Of a DNA stretch of 64,000 nucleotides, positions 21,944-35,499 are shown one piece after another (positions within the stretch are counted from its first letter, which is position 1; each line of letters begins with the position of its first letter). The notes under the pieces are model-generated. The model worked only from the letters and a program-made list of their open reading frames with translations. It did no database searches and had not been told where the DNA came from. The stretch covers positions 93,310,001 through 93,374,000 of the forward strand of contig JAGIQG010000005.1 of NCBI GenBank assembly GCA_024679065.1, given 5' to 3'. The stretch is from Sphyrna mokarran (taxonomy: Eukaryota). Position numbers and translations under genes: made by a program.

Positions 21944-23964
21944 GTACTTGCACATTGTATTTAAAGCTATGAAAATTGTAACTCAAGAAAAACTAATTTG
22001 TTTAATTAATGGCTCAGGAAACATAATTATTGATAGCAGACTATCAAAAAAAAATCAGAGTTTCTACAAGGAGTTCTCCAGATCTCTGACCATAACTTTA
22101 GCAGTGGAAATCTTGGGAAAATGACAATAATGTTCATGCCGTTTTTCTCAGGGTTCCCAGGGACTTGTTACTGAAGTTATGGTGGTGAACAGGGAGAAGA
22201 AGGAAACTCAGAGTCATACTGTTTCATGTCTATTTTTGCCAAGGCATATAGGTTGTTAAGTAAACACATCTATATTAGAATAGTTCAAGGAGCAGGAACT
22301 GTCACTATATAAAGGATTGTGTGTGAAGTACTGTGTCCAATTACAGTTACCATACTTGGTAAAAAACAAAGAGAGAGCAGAACACGGTCAAGGAGAGGCA
22401 GCAAGAAATTTTAGATCATTGAGGTATGATGAATTTGAAGGAAACTTAATCTGTTTTCATTAGAAAAAAGATTAAGGCAAGCTTTTCTGCACCCATCCTG
22501 TTGTCTTCATCTTTGGCAAGGGGTTTATATTTGACTGATTGCATCTGCAAAGTGCCTTGGGACATTTCCTTTTGTTAAAAGTATTAGATGAATGCAAGTT
22601 GTTGTTGTTGTTTTTGTTACTGGGCAGTAAGGAAATTCACTCGACCTTTTGATTTTCACCAAGTAGCTTTTGGCTTTCTGAAATATTTGTCTAACTTCTT
22701 TTTTGTGTTTATTTTCTCTGGTTCAATTTATAGTTTTCAATTTATAGGTTTTGGAGAAAGAAGTGTTAAATTACCAAATGGTTAAAAAAGTTCCAGCTCA
22801 TAGTGTTCTAACTTCAAGAAAAAAATTTCCTGGTCTTTTATTAACATGATTTTATTCAAATACATTACTAAGTGATACAGTTCAGAAAGAGACCATTAAA
22901 TCTGTGATGCGGCTGCGATTGCTTTGAAGGAGTTATGCAATTAGTTCCACTTGTTCTCTTTTTGCCCGTAGTCCTACACATTTTTCCTTTTCAAGTATTT
23001 ATCCAATCCTCTTTTGAAGGTTACTATTAAATTTGCTTCCATCCACCCCTTCAGGCAGTGCATTCCAAATCATAATCACTCACTGCATGAAAAATATTCT
23101 CATCTCCCCTCTGCTAATTATCTTAATTTATTCGTCATGTCTGATTTTCAAAGCTATTCTGGTGCTAGCAAATATAATTGTGTGTAAATTCAAACCACGG
23201 TATTGAACTCAAAGAGCCATTTCATGCTTTGATTTAATAAATTTTCTGTCATTTTATTCACTTGATAGTAGGAAATGATGGTGTCTTGCGTTCAACTGGG
23301 CCTGTCCGTCTCAGCTATTATTTTTATTCATTGCATATGTCCTTGTCAGGTAGCAGCTGATATAATTTCCATATGAATTAACAGTTTTCTTACACTGTCA
23401 TGTAACGCCACTGGAATGGCACAAGTCTTTGTTAAGAACAGCAAACATAGCTTTATGTGAAGTATAAACCATGTGCCGCTAATTACTTTGAACTTTGTTG
23501 TATTGACAATGTTGAGTTGTCCTTTCCATTTCTACTGTACATCAAACAGCCAAGAAATTGGAACATGGCAAAATACATCAAGCAAATGTCAAGAATGGTT
23601 CAAGACCACAAATGGCATAAATTTTCTGTAAACTGGCACAAAATATTCAGGCTTACCTTTGCACTGCAGGTTGCTGAAGAAGTGAGATGGAATTCATGTG
23701 ACACACTCTGGTATTTGAAGACAAGCCACTGTGTATCTCTATAAGACTGAAAGATGGTGAAATTAACAACTGAGAAAGATGTGTAAAGTTTCCGTGAATT
23801 CAATATCAAAAATTAATAAAGTGAGGAAAGAAAGGCTGGAATAAGAAAAAATGGTAAAAGGAAGACAGAAAGGAAAAGTGAAATAAAATTGTTAATTGAT
23901 TTAAAAATATATATCTTTAACAACAATTAAAATCTGAAGGAATGAGACTTCATACTTGTATAGT

Positions 23965-24165
23965 ATGTGGAACTATGTCGCTATTACTTGGCTGTCGGCG
24001 ATCAAAATCCTGGAACTCCTTCCCTCACTGTGGGGAAACCTATGCCACATGGGCTGCAACAATTCATGAAGGCAACTGACTACTGTCGTCTCAAAGGCAA
24101 TAAGGGATGGACAATAAATGTTGGCCTCACCAGTGATGTCTATGTCCTACGTATGAGTATTAACA
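23965..24165 (+). mobile_element. CR1 (second subfamily) 3' end
   Basis: TCAAAATCCTGGAACTCC...CTCAAAGGCAATAAGGGATGGACAATAAATGTTGGCC. Confidence 0.75.
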
Positions 24166-24886
24166 AAAAAGTTCATTTTCACTGTTGGTGAGATTATCTG
24201 GCCGTGAGTAATATTATTGAAAGATAATTAGATTCGAAATGACTCAGTTTAACTTTTTGTTTCAAATTTACTTTGAACCTACAATGCAGATACAGGAACT
24301 TCATCTTGTTCAGTGCTTTCCAACATGGAGAAAAGCTAATAAGTGGCCGACCCATTATGGATAACATTGGAATAGTTTAGGTTAGAGGGTCATTAGATTG
24401 GTTCCACTGGTCGGTGCAACATCGAGGGTCGAAGGGCCTGTACTGCGCTGTAATGTTCTATGTTCTATCACCAACAACAACCGGCCTTTGCCTGAAATTG
24501 GTATAGTACTTGTGCATAAACAAACACTATTAGTCTCATCTTCATTTCAACAATGAACTTCGGCCAATGTTCCTAAATGGGGAACCATAGCAGCAAGAAG
24601 ACTTTGTTAGGTCTTATAAAACTGTTGCAGTAATATCACTGGATGTCATCACAAAAATGGTTAAAAATATTAAAATACAAAATTATTTCCTAAAACTGTT
24701 TTCAAATTAACATAACTGAAGAAAATCCATGGCACATGAATACAGAACATTGGAGCCTTCTTCAAGATGGAGTAAAAATCCAAGGAAGAGTCCCACAAAG
24801 CTCCACTCCTGCAGTTTCTAGTAATTTGTTCTGGTCATCTGCTCAGTGACAGTGGGTGTAGACCTGCAGAAAACAATAGAGGGAAG

Positions 24887-25375
24887 TCATAAGAATATAA
24901 GAACTAGGAGCAGGAGCAGGCTATTTGGCCCCTCAAACCTGTTCCGCCATTCAATAAGATCATGACTGAACTTTTTTTTGTGGACTCAGCTCCTCTTGCC
25001 TGCCTGTTCACCATAATCCTAAATTCCTTCACTGTTCAAAAATTTATCTATTTTTAACCTTAAAAACATTCAATGAGGTAGCCTCAACTGTTTCATTGGA
25101 CAGGGAATTCCACAGATTCACAATCCTTTGGTTGAAGTAGTTCTTCCTCAGCTCAGTCCTAAATCTGCTCCTCCTTATTTTGAGGCCATGCCCTCTAGTT
25201 CTAGTTTCACCTGCCGGTCGAAACAACTTCCCTGATTCTATCTTATCCATTCCCTTCATAATCTTATTTGTTTCTATACGATCTCTCCTCATTCTCTGAA
25301 TTCCAATGAGTATAGCCCCAATCTACTCAATCTCCCCTCATAAGCCAACGCTCTCAACTCCGGCATCAAACTAGT
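24887..25375 (-). mobile_element. CR1/HER1 LINE 3' fragment
   Basis: ORF 25044-25292 (RDRIETNKIMKGMDKI...TRTRGHGLKI...FRTELRKNYFNQRIVNLWNSL) and a CATAAGAA tail. Confidence 0.93.
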
Positions 25376-25610
25376 CATATTTTTTTAAAAAAATAACTTT
25401 TGTGGAACTGTCTGTTTTTTGTGCTGCTGGAATAAAACAAACAGCATGGCCTTTATAGTAGATACCCAAAATGTTCAAATCAGTAACTTTGATTTGTTTG
25501 AGTTTCGCAATAAAATGACTTTAAATGAAAATCATTTGATCAGAGATTTGATTCCTGTGCATCCAAGTTTGGGCTTGCCTTAGCAACTGTCTTGAGCACA
25601 CAGACATAAG

Positions 25611-27075
25611 AGGCGGAATTTTACTGGTTTCTCCCACCAATCGATAGGCCGAGCGAACCAGTAAAATTGCGCAAAAGCCGAGAAATCAGGATTGCACCCA
25701 ATTTCTCAGCTCTCGTGATCTTATGAAATCTGGATTTCAGATACGGTCCGCCTCTCGCTGGAAATAGGTGAGAGGCTGAATAAATTATGTTAATTTATTG
25801 AAATGTTAATTTATATGTCTTTAGCGAGCCTGATGCTGAATTGTCTGGGCTTGCTTGTATTTATGGCAAAAAAAATTTAACCGGACAAATGTGACATGAT
25901 GCGATTTGGAAGGTCTACTCCAGAAGGAAAATATACACTAAATGGCAGAGCCCTTAGAAATATTAGCATGCAGGGTGATCTAGACATGCAGATCCACAGT
26001 TCCCTGAATGTGGCAACTCAGGTGGACAAGGTGGTCAAGAAGGTGTATGGCCTTCATCGGTCAGGGCGTTGAGTACAGGAATTGGAAAATCATGTTGCAG
26101 TGGTATAAGACTTTGGTTAGGCCACATTTGGAGTATTATGTACAATTCTGGTTGCCACACCACTGGAAGGATGTTGATGCATTGGAAAGAGTGCAGAATA
26201 GATTTACTAGGATGTTGCCTGGTTTGGAGGATATGGACAATGAAGAAAAGTTGAACAAACTTGGATTGTTTTCACTGGAGCTTCAGAGGATGAGGATGAC
26301 CTGATAGAGGTTAACAAAATTATGACAGACTTGGATAGAGTGGATAGTCAGAGTCTTTTTCCCATGGTTGGAGGGTCAATTAAGTGGGGGCATAGATTGA
26401 GAGTGAGAGGGAGAAAGTTTAAAAGAGGGGCAAGGTTTTCATATAGAGTTTGGTGAATGCTTGGAATGCGCTGCCAGAGGTTGTGGTGGAAACAGAGATT
26501 CTATAACAATGTTCAAGAGGCAGTTGGATAGAAATATGAATAGACAGGGAATTGAGGGATATGGACCATGTAGAGGCAAGAAAATGTTAGATTAGAGAGG
26601 CATCTGTGTTGGCACAGAGGAGTCAGAGGTCCTCTAATTTGTCCAAAGCAAACAAAGAAAAGACCACATTGCAGTGCAGGAAAAAGATGAACAATCTGAT
26701 GCACTTTGCCAGGGTAAGTGAAACTCCTACTCAATCCAAACTCACATTCAAAAGGACATTAGGAAATCTAAGGATGAGAGTCCACAGGATGTTACACACT
26801 ACCAGCAGATGGGACATTAGCACTGAATGCCTGCCAGCCACGTTAAGCTCACCATTCCGTATAGGTTCCTGCACAAACTGCATCTTTATGCCTTATTTTG
26901 AGGGGTGATGGGGCATAGGCTGGGGGGAGAGGTCGGCTCAGCAGAGACAACAGGTAAACAAGCTTCTGAATTGCTGTTTCATTGAGAGTGCTCACAGCCT
27001 ACTTGTCTGATTTTTTGCAGGAAAAGATCACCTACAACGGAAGGGAAAGAGCCAAGGGAGAGTGTCTGAGGTTTA
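25611..27075 (+). mobile_element. PIF/Harbinger transposon remnant (left end and part of the Myb gene), interrupted by CR1 and truncated by a SINE
   Basis: Terminus AGGCGGAATTTTAC at 25611. Myb exon end LQCRKKMNNLMHFAR|GTAAGT (26713/26714). Next exon TTTTTTGCAG|EKITYNGRERAKG (27021). Confidence 0.7.
25875..26625 (+). mobile_element. CR1/HER1 LINE ORF2 3' fragment
   Basis: IMLQWYKTLVRPHLEYYVQFWLPH..KDVDALERVQNRFTRMLPGL. Confidence 0.95.
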
Positions 27076-27491
27076 AAGATGTGTGGGTTAGGTGGATTGG
27101 CCATACTATATTGCCCCTTAGTGTCAGGGGGACTAGCTGGGTGAATGCATGGGGTTGACTTGTCCTCAGTCTGTTCATAGTCTACTGAGGCCACCACTTG
27201 CAAGGTGATATCATCTTGAAGGATGAGAGGAAGCTGAGCATTGCCTTTAGATGTGGGTACACATTCACAATGAGGGCCTTAGTTAGGATCAAAATATCCA
27301 TGCTCTGTAACCCAAAGTCATGCTTCTGGTGGTTGGCATGACAACTGCCATGTAAAGAGAGTGCTGACTGTTTGGCAAGTGGACTTTGAATGGTAAAGGT
27401 CTTGTCATGCAAAGCAGTGTAATTTGTTGCTCTCTTTACAATTGGTATTCTTGCAAATTTTGTTTTGGTGATTAAAAGCTTTCACACAATG

Positions 27492-27812
27492 GGTGGTATG
27501 GTGGCACAATGGTTAACACTGCTGCCTCGCAGTGCCAGGGATCTGGGTTCAATTCTGACCTCGAGTAGTTGTCCATGCAGAGTTTGCACATTCTCCCTGT
27601 GTCTGGGTGGTTTCCTCCAGGTGCTCTGGCTTCCGCCCACAGTCTGAAAAATGTGCCTGTTAGGTGGATTGGCTGTGTTAAATTAACCCTAATTGTCAAG
27701 TGGATTAGCAAGGCACCTACTTGGGATATGGGGATAGGGCCTGGGTGGGATCATTGTCAGCAGAAGTTCAATGGGCCGAATGGCCTCCTTCTTTACTTTA
27801 GGGATTCTATGA
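27492..27812 (+). mobile_element. HE1-type V-SINE (a partial copy also lies at ~27076-27160)
   Basis: A/B boxes, V-domain and ATGGGCCGAATGGCCTCCT...GGGATTCTATG tail. Confidence 0.92.
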
Positions 27813-27829
27813 TTTAAAGTGGGTGATCT

Positions 27830-28516
27830 TGAACCCACGTTTGCTGTCTGTGTGAATGCTAGCAGGGATTTTGGATTTAACCCTGGTCCTTACTGGTGAC
27901 ATCACCAGGTTCATGTCCATTATGCTCCACAGACATTTGAATAGATTTTAGTACAATTAACCTCGCCAGACACTGACACATATATTGACATACCAATGGG
28001 GTTTCCCTGGGGATGCAAAGGTAAGAGTAGCTCCCAATGGAGAGGAACATGGCCAGTCAGGGGCCCCGCAATGCCCGCTGGCACAGGTTAGTGTTGCCAG
28101 GTTGGCACCATGCCAAGGGGCTGATAATCTGTGGAGGGTCAGTGGTTGTTGCGGAAAGGCCTGATGATCAGAGGGGAAAGGAAGAGGCTGATAATTGGAG
28201 ATGGGGTAAGAGAAATGCAGACTCTGATCAGAGGGAAGCCTCTGAGACCTCCTTGTTGGGCTAAGGGAGGTGGGTTGTTGAAGGAAGTGGGGAGGGGGGA
28301 TAGTTTACTCAGATTATGATGAAATTGCCTTTAGAGGTGGTGCCCCGATCTCTGTGCAGGCAGGTTTTGGCCTTCTCCCCTGTGTGATGCTGTAAAACTT
28401 GCCCCTTGAGTTTATTTGGTGGAGTGTCGTCAGATCTGGAGAGAAAGCCAGTCTGTTTCTCTCACCGCTTTTCTCGCCGGAAACAACACTTGTCATTTTT
28501 TGGTAAGATTTAGCCC
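27830..28516. mobile_element. Harbinger-type MITE
   Basis: Right end GGTAAGATTTAGCCC followed by AAT. G-rich interior and TGCCC/GGCA blocks shared with other MITEs. Confidence 0.55.
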
Positions 28517-29689
28517 AATGTCTCTTTTTTCAGTGATGTTTGCGTTCAGTGCTACCAAATGACTATATGTAAAATATTTATAAGTTGAGATATTTATAGC
28601 AGGAAAATGTACTTGGTTCAGAACTCACAGCCTACGTTCAGTTGAAAGGAAAGCATCTAATATAAACAACAAAAAATTTGCTCCAACTTGCTGCAGAAAT
28701 ATCTTCAGCTGTTAAATAATGCGAAAAAAAGGAGCAGATTTTTCTAACGATGTCAACTAATATAATCGGAGTCAGTTCTTTTCTTTTCAAATAGTCCACA
28801 AATGTCAATGAATCAATGACAAACTATCATTCTCTCGTAAAACGGACTGGTTACAAATGAGCTGGGATCATTCTTCAAGTACAGTTGGAAAAGAGCCAAA
28901 AGGCTAACCACTCATAGAGTCGAAAGATCAGAAAACCTCTTGCACATTTCAACAATTTAAAAGCTATTTTCTTTGTAAGTAAATTGGTCTACCCAATGTA
29001 ACTATGGAAACAGGGATCCAAAAAACCGTGTGACTTTTATCAGCTCCAAATATGAAATGCACTTTTATCAACAATTTGAATAGCAGGCAAACAACTAAAC
29101 ATGAAAAATTAAACCCGCATTAATTGCAGAAAATCATTTAAACCCCACAGATTATTACTGTTGAACAAATGAACAGGTAATACTGTTGAGAGCTAAATGC
29201 ACATAGAAAATTGCAGAGAGAAATATCAGATGCTATCTTGCCATCAAGAACAGGTTCCAGGGAAAGAGGAAGGATGAGAAGTGTTTCCCCACTGAGTGTT
29301 GTCAGCCTTGGCCAGATGGTAGACATCCGCAATTTCATGATTTCCTTTAAACTTCACTATTGATATGAGCTCACATAGATGTCTGCTCCAGCACTGGTGT
29401 ACCAATCAAGGCTGGTATATCTTTGTAGAATCGAAAAACTGCCAGCACCAGAATAGAAAATATAGTTGTGGAGAAAGAGGAAATCAAGAAAAACCTTATT
29501 CTGCACAACAAAGTCTAAGATCAAAGCAGCATATGTCAGTCTATAGGAAGACATGGATACCATCCCAACGAGGATTCACAAATAGTACTTAACATTGTAT
29601 TCCATAAATATCAGGTGATGACCTTGAGATAAATAATGCCCACCTATTTCAGCATCTCATTCCCAACTCTTTGTCATGATACTATTTTT

Positions 29690-29910
29690 GAGGTGACACA
29701 TGACATCAAGACTTTGTTTGCTCTCTTAGATAGAAATAAAAGACCCGGTGGGTCTTTTATTTTTTAGAAATAGTAGCAGTGTTCTCCTCTGTGCCCTGAG
29801 CAATAATTAATCTTAGGAGGCAGCACTAAAATAAATGATATGGTCAACGTCCTGTTACTTCTTATGGTTCCTGGCCGTCCACAAACTGGCTGCCTCATTT
29901 CTTATGTCAG
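29690..29910 (+). mobile_element. Old Deu-domain SINE fragment
   Basis: TAAAAGACCC...GTTCTCCTCTGTGCCCTG.GCAA...CACTAAAA...ACAAACTGGCTGCC is colinear with the copy at 36745-37160. Confidence 0.5.
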
Positions 29911-30715
29911 AACAAATGAAAGAGAATCCAGGAAATAACGCTGGAGTGAGAGTTTGGACCCTGGCTCCACTGAGGAGGACAGAGGTACACCACAAGAATT
30001 TACATGGTATTTTTCTAGACTGGCCACTGTAATCTTGACTGAAGAGCAACAACATTTCTGTTTATGTGTATAACTGAGGTTTCCAAGAAGTTTTACTGCC
30101 CTGTCAGGAGAAAGGGATTTCTAGCTAGAGACTTTAAGCAGCCTAACCTTCAAATGGAAAATGCTTTGTGTACTCCAGCATTTTCCAAATTAGTTGAATT
30201 GCTTGCCGTGGACCAGCTACAACACTGGTGGAGGTGGAGGAATTGGCTATGGTTAGCAGGTTACAATACATATTGTGCAGTCAAACCTAGACTTAAGGGA
30301 AGACTGTGATCTGCACAAATCTCAGAACCATATCCTCTGGTTGCCCATGGACCAAGTGATGAAAATGTTTACTCTGACAAACATGGTTTGTTGTAATGGG
30401 GAACTGAAAATTGACTGACATTAGTGATATCCTTTCACGAGAAAGTGCTGGAGGCAAAGAGTTCAGGGCTGTTAGTGACTTTGAACAAAACTGGCAGAGT
30501 TGCGAACTCTGGTCTTACTTCAGGGTTATTGATCACATGGGGTTAGCTGCATAGTTGCAAATGTTGTATGTTATAAAGGGTGCTCCTTTTGCAGGTTTTC
30601 ATGTCTCTGCTTCCAACTTAGCTCACCTGTTTTATGAATCTAGCTCATTTTCACAGTAGAGCTCATCCATCAGATATATTGGCAAGTAATGATCAATACC
30701 AAAGAAAGAACTTCG

Positions 30716-30838
30716 GGAGGAATTTTCTGAACGCACTTGCCTGAAAACTGCAGATTCCTGCCTGACTTCAATGGAACTTTGGTCCATCTGCCACCTGCTG
30801 GAATTCCAGTGCCGGGCAGGATGGGAGAATTCCCACCA
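30716..30838. mobile_element. Short (~125 bp) Harbinger-type MITE
   Basis: Termini GGAGGAATTTTCT / GGAGAATTCCCACC. An inverted relative of 55455-55582. Confidence 0.65.
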
Positions 30839-33389
30839 AGGTTGCATTTATAAAGTCTCTTTTAGGATGCCTGTAGGCTTTCTTTTTTAACTCTTTCTTC
30901 TTTAATCAGCCATGGTCTAGCTGAATGGTAGAACAGACTTGAAGGGTCGAACGTTCTTCTCCTGTTTTGTGTTCCTATGTAATCCAAATGTAAAATTAAG
31001 CATGGCTTTTAAGTTAGTAATTCTAATGCCCATTATATACTGTTGATCTTTATTTCAGACGCATGGATAGAACAGGACATAGCCACACTAACAGTCTCTG
31101 CATCACAGTGGTGTCTGGATTAGATAACAATGCAAGTAAAACCTTTACAAAAATGCAGTGAAATGAGACTGAACTAAATATAAAAATTGAACTGGATGAG
31201 AACATTGTAAGCATTGGGCAATGTAACATTTGTGACAACCATTCAATGGCACAACTAACCTCATCACTGCTAACTCACAGGAAGTGACAGATTGTTCTTA
31301 TCAGAGGCCTGTCTTATTGAGGTTTCTACTGTGGCTATAATCAGCTGCCAAGGAACGTTTGCATTTGGAAATGTATTTCTGACGTGTTATAATAAGATGT
31401 GACATTCCTGTACAAATTGTGCAAATAGATTTATATCCAAACTAAATGTCTGCATTTGGGAAATGTTTATTTCCTGTAAGGGCGCTACCAACAGTATTAA
31501 GGCTACTGGGATTTGACATTAACAAATTTGTCTATTTGCTATTTACTAACGGATGGTATTGGGGTCAATAATCCGAATGTGACCAGCCCCATTTTTGAAA
31601 ATAACCCCCTACCAGGCGTGTTAAGTACCTGTTTCAAGCAACAGGTCCCTTTTTCATATAAATATCTAGACCCTATCACATAAATGAAATTCTGATTGGC
31701 ATTTAAGGTTGGCCAAAGCAAGATCCAACCAATTTTACAGGCAATGGACCCAGAGAGGTCTGAAGAGATCTGACTAACCTAGACCACTGCTAGAATTGTC
31801 CCATTATAGTTTTGTGGAGCTCAGAGATATTCCTGCCTCACAATGATAAGTAAAACATTCCTTTTTTGACATCTCTTTAGTTGAACTACCTGGGCAGGTC
31901 ATGTGCAAATATTCTATCTGGTACTGCCCTAAAATGACAACTTAATTGTGTGAGTGGTAGAAACCCTGAATTGTATTTTTAATGTGCCTACAGCACAATC
32001 CAAGTAAGTATTCTATTTTCCCGGCAGTAGGTTAGGGATAACATTATGGCGACCACAGACATCATGGGAATGTGTTGTAATTCTCTACGCTCATTGGAAT
32101 ATTACTGTCCCATTTTTGCCAGACAGGAACCTAAAGCTTGATACCAACGTAAAGGAGAGAGCCAAGCCATCCAACTCAAATACATGAATTTGTGCAGTTT
32201 TCCTCATTTGTATTGCATCCACAACTCTTCTTTGGGCTCAGGGAAACATACTGACATTTTCTTAGTCTTAATGTTTTTTAAAAGTTATGGTCTGAGTTTC
32301 TTTTAAAATCAGAGGATAGTGGTGACAATGGTCATTACATGCAATGGACCAGCCTACAGCCGGCTGACCTGGATTCCTCTCTGCAGACCTGGCTAAGAGC
32401 CCTGCTGTCCAGCAGTTTGTGCGTCAGGGCAGGAGACAGTAGTATAAGGTTAAGGCTTAAAAACAACCTTTCCTTTGCTATTCAAGAATTTTCTGCCTCT
32501 TTGAAGTTCCTCATAGTGGATCCACTGCAGCAACACTGGATGTTCCTCAGTGGCACTTGACAGCCCTGTTTTGTTAGTGGGACCAGAACCTATTGTGTAT
32601 ACCTGTACTCCAAGGCAATGGGTCAAGATTATGGCAAAGTTACATGTCCTGCCCAATCAAAACACCACTGTGCAGAAAATTGTTCCATGGTCGTGCAGGT
32701 CTAGAAAGGGGCAGTGAGTGGGCCGAGCTAAATTGCTCTTACAGAGAGTTAGCATACAATATCAATTCAATAGTGGGCTGAATGACCTCATTTTGTACTA
32801 TAATCATTCTATGAAATTGTGTGTCTGATGAGAGCAGGGAGTAATCAGTAGGACAGGTTGTGTAATAAACAACAAATCACCCTATAAAGTTGATAGTCAG
32901 GGGCCTTGTCTTTTGCCCGTATACATTGCTATTTAACACAGCAAATGCCGATGTTTGTCTATTTCACCGATACAAAGAAGGTTAATTAAATCTGTAACCA
33001 CTGCAATGGAAAAGTCTTTAAATGAAAATGTTTAACTGGAGACTACTGTGACCCTCTTGCCCAGAGGGAATGAATGGGGAATAAGAAGATTTAGAATCCA
33101 TTTTCTAAATTGAGCTCACACTATTTTTGTTGGTGGCATTTTACTTTTTTATCTTAAATTCATGGCCTGAAGCTGTGGCAAACATTTCAGGTTCTGTGAA
33201 TGGAATCTTTAATGCGGCCAAGCCCAACAACTTTACTTTAGAGAAAAGCATATATGCCAGAAAAGGCCAAGGTAAATTTAAAAGGTGTCTTTAATATAGA
33301 TTTTCATGCGTTAAGAATAGCAGCATTCATGAGTAACTTGTGTTTCCCCTGCCCCAGATTTCCTTCTTCCTCCACTTATGAACATTTCC

Positions 33390-34030
33390 AATGCGGGAGA
33401 TTTTTTGCTCTAGTTTTCATTGGGCAGGATCAGCGACGGGAGCAAAAAATCTCACGAGACGCCCAAATTGTGTCTGATGCCAATGTTCAAGCATAGTGCG
33501 AATAGCCTCATGTAAACTCCCTGCCCCCCCACTCCTCCAGTGACATTAAAAGGAATAACAAAGTTCAATGTTGGGAACATCATAATACATATATTTATAT
33601 CTCATTATCAGCCCCCTACGTCTGAATCCTCTCCCTCATCCCATAAGAAAATTCATTCACATCGTATGAGCTCAGATGGGCATAAATTATGACTGGTCTT
33701 CCATTTTGTGCAACTGGCAGAGCTCAGGTAACTGTGTTGCTCAGGGACAAAGGATCATGCTTGGGCAGTCCCTGGGAGCAATGTTCAGGAGCAATGCTGG
33801 GGGCAGTGCCCAGGAGCTATACCAGGGTGCATTTCTGAGGTGGGGGGGGGGGTGCGGTTGTGTTGGGTGTGCCGAGGAGGCCGGATTCCATATGAGTTTT
33901 TGTTTATGGGTACGGCCTTTAGAAATGGTGCCCCAATCTTTAAAAAATGAAGTTGCTGGCAGCGCAGGTTCAATCAGAGCTTGCCCCACCGGTGTGACAT
34001 CATGAGACTCGCCCCTTGGCATTTTTTTCT
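33390..34030. mobile_element. Harbinger-type MITE
   Basis: Starts GCGGGAGATTTTTTGCTC with sub-terminal inverted GAGCAAAAAATCTCAC. GGGCAGTGCCC blocks and AAATGGTGCCCCAATCT are shared with other copies. Confidence 0.5.
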
Positions 34031-34269
34031 TAGGTTCCCAATGATATAGCTGAGAAAGCCATGTTCATTGCTGCTAGTGGCTTCAATGCTGCTTTTCTTG
34101 CCTGCTGTCACATTCTGCCAAATACAGGTAAACTTCCACTTGATATCACTACCTGCCTCATCTATCTTGCAAAAACATTTCTGTGGGTTTCTGGAAACAG
34201 TCTAACTCCCTGTGATTTTTCTACTGTTGCAAGTCATTGTTGATGCCGTTGCCTGCGGAAGTCATGAAT

Positions 34270-34567
34270 AAAGCCAACACATCACACAACCAGCCTCACA
34301 TCCATTGATTCTGTCCACATTCCTGCTGCCGTAAGAAGATAGAAAAGTCTGAGGTCACGTACCAACCAACTCAAGAACAGCTTCTTCCCGGCTGCCATCA
34401 GACTTTTGAATGGACTTACCTTGCATTAAGTTGAGTTTTCTCTACACTCTAGCTGTGACTGTAACACTACATTCTGCACTCTCTGTATGCTTTGTCTGCA
34501 TAGCGTGCAAGAAACAATACTTTTCACTGTATACTAATACATGTGACAATAATAAATCAAATCAAAC
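34270..34567 (+). mobile_element. Rex1/Babar LINE 3' end
   Basis: KSLRSRTNQLKNSFFPAAIRLLNG, the conserved Rex1 C-terminus, and tail ACATGTGACAATAATAAATCAAATCAAA. Confidence 0.88.
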
Positions 34568-34869
34568 TCCAAAGTCCCTGCATCCTACAATTCCATCCCT
34601 GAATTAAAACCAATTTCATTGCTCTTGTACATTAGTCTGAGTTTCTCTACCACATGAAATCTTCCTCTCTGCTATTTTAGCAGAATCATTAATCTGTTAA
34701 AAATAATCAGTTGACATACCTACAATAACACCAAGGAAATGGTTTAAATGTTTCTCTGGTAATATCTTTTTGAGTAGCACTGAGAGCAATGAGTTTCCAA
34801 AGTAGTGCTTCTTGCCTATTAGTAGTATAAGAAATGGAAGGAGCAAGATCTCTTTCAACCCTTTGAACG

Positions 34870-35335
34870 TGCTCTGTTTTTTCATCAATCATGGCTGACC
34901 TTCATTTTCCACCGGGATCACCATATTCCTTGAATTCCTTACTGTCCAAACACTTATTGATCTCCGCCCTGAGTGTGGTGGACATTTGAGCATTTGCAAC
35001 CTCCTGGCATAGAGAATTCCAAGTATCCATAACTTTTCCTCATCTCAATGCTAAATGTCCGGCCCTTTATTCTGCAATCATCGCTTCCGAGTTCTAAAAT
35101 CTTCAGACAAAAGAGTCATTTTCCCAACCACTAACTTGTCAACCCCTTGAAGATCTTGATATTTTTCAATGAAAGCATCACTCATTCTTCTTAATTTGAG
35201 GCAATATAATCTGAGTCTATTCAACATCTCCTCATAATACCAAACCCTCATCCTATTCCAGTCAACCTACGCTGCATTCCCTCCAAAGCAAGTATATCCT
35301 TCCTTAGGTAAGGAGACAAAACTATATGCAAAAGC
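34870..35335 (-). mobile_element. Old CR1 3' fragment
   Basis: ATCATGGCTGA tail element, GTAGAGAATTCCA-type block and ATATCCTTCCTTAGGTAAGGAGAC (minus strand: SPYLRKDI). Confidence 0.75.
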
Positions 35336-35499
35336 AATGCTAAATTGAGACATTTCACAGCAGAAAAACAGATTCCAATCTACGGATGTAATCTTCCATC
35401 ATGGTTTGTTAAACTATTGTTTTCAATGATAATCTGATATCAGATCAGGTTAATATTAGCCTTCTTCCGGCTTGTACAGAGAAAATGTTGGGGTGATGA

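Noticed and set aside
32450-32656. Peptide EEHPVLL resembling actin (PEEHPVLLTEAP)
   Set aside because: Only 7 residues match and the flanks show no actin similarity; consistent with chance.
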